Shown here: positions 59,649-64,000 of the stretch, piece after piece
Numbering within the stretch: the first letter of the stretch is position 1
Layout of the letters: each line of letters opens with the position of its first letter
Assembly (NCBI GenBank): GCA_977020255.1
Contig: CDROCS010000506.1
Coordinates: 434,001 to 498,000 of the forward strand
Source of the DNA: Obrimoposthia wandeli
Taxonomy: Eukaryota
DNA length: 64,000 nt
Direction: 5' to 3'
Notes under the pieces: model-generated
The model's database searches: none
What the model was told of the DNA's origin: nothing
Seen by the model: only the letters and a program-made list of their open reading frames with translations
Made by a program: the position numbers and the translations under genes

Positions 59649-61033
59649 TGAAATGTCTCCACATGACATTTTCCAGGGTGATTAAAGCGAGAGTTAAAAC
59701 GTACATCTCGGTGTTCTTTAGCTTTGCCTGGCTGATATAATTTACCATTGGCTTTATACAATAATGCCTCAAGTACACCTGCATTAGTTTTTAGCGTAAT
59801 ACTCTTTTCATAACTGGCGTTTAATTCATAACGTCCTTCGTACCAACCCCGCGCAGGATCATATAACTCCCTGACTAAAACCATCAGGCGGTCGGTATAA
59901 TCTGTCTTCCATAATGCCCACATTTGAAAAGCAACACGGGTAGACACTAATGCGAGTTCATCATAAACATTACCGTCTTCAGCAACGGTTAACCAAGGCG
60001 TACCTAAAGCATAGATACTGTCATAGACAAAATAAGGTTCGCCTTCGACGACATGATCACCACGCGCCGTATAAATACGTTCTTCATCCCAACGAGACTC
60101 TTGGACACGGTAAACAGCATCGGCCATTGCCGAGAGTACTTCATCAGAATGGTAACTATCCAGAGAACCGGTATCAGTAATGCCATCCCAGTTAAACTCT
60201 AATCCGAGCTGTAAATAAGGAGTGCTCATCACCGGTCTTAACACGTTGTAGTGACGAGGATCGCGGCCATCAAAGAGTAAATCAATACCATTAATGGTAG
60301 CAACATCATAAGGGTCTACTCGCATACTCTTAGCTGGCACGATTTGCCAGTCTAGATAACCGTATGAGCTATACTCTTCAACACCTAAACGTCCCTCTTG
60401 GAAGCGCTGTGGCTGACCGTTAACAATCGAACCGCCAAACAATGAACCTTCTTCATTTACCAGCTCACAAAAATTCCAACGTAATACCGCTTTGTCTACG
60501 TATTCTGAAAATTCTTGATTGCGTTGCTTAACCAGCGCTAACGCAATTAATAATCGACCGACATCAACAGATGACCAACCAATATCATTCGGTTGCATGC
60601 CATAATCCACCATCTGTCCCGTACTTGTGGAATAGGCGATATTAGGCACTGACAATTGGCTTAAAGGCATCTCGACCAAAAAGCTAATGACCAGCGACAA
60701 GCGTTCATCATGCTCTTTAGTCGTGATCAATTCGAACTCTTGAGCGGCCATCAACGCAATTAAATAATCGGCAATCGCACTCATATTAGTACTCGGATAA
60801 TTGTCCAGAGAATTGACCAAGCCAGTTTTTAGTTGGGTATTATTCTCCACGTAGAGCCAAGCAGTTTGCGCCCACTGCATCTCGTCTTCATTTAATGCAC
60901 CGAAGCGCCCCTGACGGATTACTTGAGATGCACTAAATGATGTAATCCCCTCTTCCACGCTTTGGTACACAACCCCACATGAGGTTAATAATACTGCAGA
61001 GCATGCCATCATTAGTTTGCTCAACATTGACAC
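59645..61033 (-). CDS. DUF3131 domain lipoprotein, paralogue C (degenerate conserved residues)
   Basis: Lipobox LTSC; AW.Y..NN....TGL, IGWSS.DVGR, EGRLG.EEY, PYFVY, GWYEGRYE, TNAG.LE motifs shared with its neighbours. Confidence 0.82.
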   Translation of the reverse strand: MSMLSKLMMACSAVLLTSCGVVYQSVEEGITSFSASQVIRQGRFGALNEDEMQWAQTAWLYVENNTQLKTGLVNSLDNYPSTNMSAIADYLIALMAAQEFELITTKEHDERLSLVISFLVEMPLSQLSVPNIAYSTSTGQMVDYGMQPNDIGWSSVDVGRLLIALALVKQRNQEFSEYVDKAVLRWNFCELVNEEGSLFGGSIVNGQPQRFQEGRLGVEEYSSYGYLDWQIVPAKSMRVDPYDVATINGIDLLFDGRDPRHYNVLRPVMSTPYLQLGLEFNWDGITDTGSLDSYHSDEVLSAMADAVYRVQESRWDEERIYTARGDHVVEGEPYFVYDSIYALGTPWLTVAEDGNVYDELALVSTRVAFQMWALWKTDYTDRLMVLVRELYDPARGWYEGRYELNASYEKSITLKTNAGVLEALLYKANGKLYQPGKAKEHRDVRFNSRFNHPGKCHVETFQ

Positions 61034-61060
61034 TCATTCCTTAAGTCACCCACCATGATG

Positions 61061-62446
61061 TTAGATTTTACGAGGTAAGCACTTTCCCTCATAACCAAAT
61101 GGTGATTCTAATGCTTTATCCCATAAACTCGGTAACGGCTTACTTTGATAACGCATCAATTTACCTTGTTGTTTGAATAATAATATTTCCAATAAAATAC
61201 CATTATTATTTGATGTGAAAGTATTAATTAAGCCAGTACCATTTTCAAAGATACCTTCATAGAAGCCTTTTTCACGGTCATAAAGATGAGAAATGTGATC
61301 AAACAACAGATCTGTATATTCCGTATCCCATAATGCCCAAATACCCATTGCGCCTTTGACTGCTACCGCAGAGTATTGTGGTAAATATTCACCAGTTTCG
61401 GATATCGTATTCCACGCATAGCCATCAGTATAAAGCGTGTCATAGACAAAATAAGGCGCACTCGCTAACTGATGTTCCGTACGTGCAGTAATAATACCCG
61501 TTGCTTCATATCTGGCTTCTTGAACACGATAAATCTGCAGAGCGAATTCAGCCATCCATCCATTTGAATATGACGTGTCCGGACCTGAATGGTCTGTCGA
61601 TAAATCCCAACCTAATTCGATACCATCAAGGACATAACTTTCAGTTACCACGTAACTGTGTGCCTTTAATTTACGCGGATCACGGGTATCGTAAGGTACA
61701 TCATAACCAAATAAGTTAATGGTATTATAAGGTTCAGGCATTGACGCTGTTTTCGTATCAAAGCCCCATAACTGGAAACCTTTGGCAGCGTATTCTTCAT
61801 AACCTAAGCGGCCTTCTTGTAAATACTGAACAGGTTTACCTGGTTCTAATAATGCACCAAACATCAAACCGTCTTCATCAACAATATTACAAAAATTCCA
61901 ACGTAATACCGCAGAATCAATACCTGTGGCATATTCCGGATAACGATTTTTAATTAAATGCAGCCAAATTAACAAACGCCCTAAATCCAGTGCTGAATAA
62001 CCAATTTCGCCCGGCTGATTGGCATAATCTACTTTCGCTGCATTTTGCGTGTTATAGGCTTTATTTGGCATCTCACCACGGAATAAATCCATGGTGTTTA
62101 ACGTGGTGATAAAGCGAATTAGACGGCGGTCATACTCTTCTTTTTTTATAATACCGAGTTCTAGTGCACTCGTCATACCCGCTAAATACGAAGCCGCATC
62201 CCACCATGTTACTGATGGGTAATTATTTACCGCATTCACTAGCCCCGTAGATTCTTGATAATTATTCTCAAAATATTTCCATGCGATACGCGCCATGTCC
62301 ATTTCTTTCTCGGTCAAATCACCTTGTCTTGCAGGTGGAATTGACCAATGATCTTTTCTATCAACGATGTCTTCTGAAAAACTATTATATTTACTGCCAC
62401 AACCAGAGACCAGTAACCCTGCCAGGCAAACCATCGCTATCCGCAT
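61061..62446 (-). CDS. DUF3131 domain lipoprotein, paralogue B
   Basis: Lipobox VSGC; AWKYFENN, YPSVTWWD, PNKAYNT, EGRLGYEEY, VTESY, TARTEH, NNNG.LLE. Confidence 0.85.
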   Translation of the reverse strand: MRIAMVCLAGLLVSGCGSKYNSFSEDIVDRKDHWSIPPARQGDLTEKEMDMARIAWKYFENNYQESTGLVNAVNNYPSVTWWDAASYLAGMTSALELGIIKKEEYDRRLIRFITTLNTMDLFRGEMPNKAYNTQNAAKVDYANQPGEIGYSALDLGRLLIWLHLIKNRYPEYATGIDSAVLRWNFCNIVDEDGLMFGALLEPGKPVQYLQEGRLGYEEYAAKGFQLWGFDTKTASMPEPYNTINLFGYDVPYDTRDPRKLKAHSYVVTESYVLDGIELGWDLSTDHSGPDTSYSNGWMAEFALQIYRVQEARYEATGIITARTEHQLASAPYFVYDTLYTDGYAWNTISETGEYLPQYSAVAVKGAMGIWALWDTEYTDLLFDHISHLYDREKGFYEGIFENGTGLINTFTSNNNGILLEILLFKQQGKLMRYQSKPLPSLWDKALESPFGYEGKCLPRKI

Positions 62447-62470
62447 ATAAAACTCCCTGTGATATGCAAA

Positions 62471-63787
62471 CTATTTCGCACCAACACGTAATAATGTACC
62501 ATTTTGAACATAAGCAAGAGACTCTAAGATAATGCCATTGGTATTTGCTGTAATTGCTTTGTTAAGACGGCCATCACTTTCATAACGACCTGAATACCAA
62601 CCTTTTTGTGCTGAGTATAGGCTTTTAACATCACCCATTAACAGGCTTGTATACTCAGTATCGTACAAGGCGTACCAACCGAAGGATGCTTTAGTAGATA
62701 ATGTCTTTAAATGTGACGCATCTTCACCTGTATCTGAAATTGCATTCCATTCTTTACCGTCAGAAAACACCGTGTTATAAACAAAATAAGGCGCAACATC
62801 GACATTATCTTCACTCACAGCAGTTAAGATACCTAAGCGCTCGTAACGGTTTTCTTGCGCTTTATAAACACGATAGGCAAAGATTTCTGAAATACTGTCA
62901 GCACCAAATTCTAAACTATCTAAAATATATGACTCACTCACCACGTAGTTATGTGCATGGTACTTAGCCGGATCACGTCTATCTGTTGGAATATCAACAC
63001 CATCAATATTAACCATTTCTAAATAATCAATATATTTCATCGCGTTAAATACATCGAGACCCATTAACGATAACGCTTTAGAGGCATATTCTTCATAGCC
63101 AATACGTCCTTCTTGCACCAGTTCTAAACCACCTGTTTTTGCTGGGCGAGAACCATATAAATAGCCTTTGTCGATCAAGCTGCCAACATGCCAGTGATTC
63201 AATACATCGTTCACTTGCTTGTTATAGTCAGGGTATTGCCAAATAAGAATGTTTAACGGCACCAAAATACGGCCAATATCAATCGCAGACCAACCAATAC
63301 CATCAGCCACAGGGTTATTTGCATAATCCACCATTTCAAGAGTTTTGGTGTTATAAGCTTTGTTTGGTAGCTTGCCTTCGATCAAGGGTAAGCGCGCTAA
63401 TGTGTGTAGCACTTTCTCCATTTTTAAATCAAATTCCGCTTGGCTAACGATATTTAATTTTTCAGCGCCAATAAGCCCCATTAAATAAGACGCAGTATCC
63501 CACATCGTTGTAGAAGGATAGCCATCAACAGAATTTACAAGTCCGGTATTCGGCTGCACATTATTATCAAAATAACGCCAAGCAGTCTTGGCCCACTCAT
63601 ACTCTTCTGCTGTTAAAATACGGCTTTCACGCAGTGGAATAGGCTCTTCCGTGGTAAAAGATAGATTACCTAGTACTTGCGTGTACTCACGTGTTTCAAT
63701 TGTAAAAGCAATGACTAACGCAGTCACTAGACCACCAATAAATACAAAATGGTGACGCGCTTTAATTAAGTTTTGTTTAAACGCCAT
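62471..63787 (-). CDS. DUF3131 domain protein with N-terminal membrane anchor, paralogue A
   Basis: ATG at 63787 with GAGGG SD; TM segment FVFIGGLVTALVIAFTI; AWRYFDNN, YPSTTMWD, EGRIGYEEY, VSESY, TAVSED. Confidence 0.85.
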   Translation of the reverse strand: MAFKQNLIKARHHFVFIGGLVTALVIAFTIETREYTQVLGNLSFTTEEPIPLRESRILTAEEYEWAKTAWRYFDNNVQPNTGLVNSVDGYPSTTMWDTASYLMGLIGAEKLNIVSQAEFDLKMEKVLHTLARLPLIEGKLPNKAYNTKTLEMVDYANNPVADGIGWSAIDIGRILVPLNILIWQYPDYNKQVNDVLNHWHVGSLIDKGYLYGSRPAKTGGLELVQEGRIGYEEYASKALSLMGLDVFNAMKYIDYLEMVNIDGVDIPTDRRDPAKYHAHNYVVSESYILDSLEFGADSISEIFAYRVYKAQENRYERLGILTAVSEDNVDVAPYFVYNTVFSDGKEWNAISDTGEDASHLKTLSTKASFGWYALYDTEYTSLLMGDVKSLYSAQKGWYSGRYESDGRLNKAITANTNGIILESLAYVQNGTLLRVGAK

Positions 63788-64000
63788 ATTCAAATCCCTC
63801 TGATTCTTGTTCTTGTTTTTTTTCTGTTGGTGGAGTCCAAAATGCGGCAGCAATCATGCCCCACATCGCCATCATATTATTCACAATCCAAAAACTATTC
63901 AGTACTAACCCGCCAAACGAGTAATCACCAAAACTGCCCGTTACATAGCTAAACCAGGCAAAACACATACTGAATAAACTTAATACGAACACCCCTATTT
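63777..64000 (-). CDS. C-terminal TM helices of a probable processive GT2 glycan synthase (BcsA-like), runs off the window edge
   Basis: Frame is open to the edge; two hydrophobic helices including LVLNSFWIVNNMMAM, resembling the N..W...N last helix of BcsA-type synthases; overlaps the start of DUF3131-A. Confidence 0.55.
   Translation of the reverse strand, partial: IGVFVLSLFSMCFAWFSYVTGSFGDYSFGGLVLNSFWIVNNMMAMWGMIAAAFWTPPTEKKQEQESEGFEYGV

Noticed and set aside
1-64000. Remaining short (60-130 aa) ORFs in the track; tRNA, rRNA, IS elements, prophage and defence systems
   Set aside because: The short ORFs overlap well-supported genes in other frames or antisense and lack motifs. No cloverleaf, rRNA, transposase, integrase or known defence-gene signature was recognised by eye.

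Overview
64 kb of chromosomal DNA from a marine gammaproteobacterium; the gene set and protein style suggest a Moritella/Vibrionales-like organism (inference). Almost all genes lie on the minus strand. From left to right: (1) an aryl-polyene (ape) pigment cluster, cut off at the left edge, with an added MIO aromatic ammonia-lyase (1-13.6 kb). (2) A partly decaying scavenging island: PhoD split by two frameshifts, a beta-propeller lipoprotein, a TonB-dependent receptor, a tautomerase flanked by twin palindromes, an alkyl sulfatase, an AraC regulator and a small GIY-YIG-like ORF (13.8-24.9 kb). (3) A complete clade I nosRZDFYL nitrous-oxide reductase operon with an FNR box. (4) An osmoprotection supercluster: betIBA, BCCT transporter, cosR, proXWV. 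(5) spo0M, PepSY/DUF2946, DUF481 and fdhD-ydeP. (6) A chitobiose/cellobiose PTS operon. (7) At the right edge, an uncharacterised glycan locus: a membrane GT2 synthase C-terminus without PilZ, three tandem DUF3131 (GH144/GH189-like beta-1,2-glucan-active fold) paralogues of which one looks catalytically degenerate, a secreted repeat protein, a Dpm1/Alg5-like GT2, and a convergent stand-alone PilZ gene. This last locus is the strongest candidate for an undescribed system. I found no rRNA, tRNA, CRISPR array, transposase or integrase. Family assignments come from motif recognition only, not database searches.
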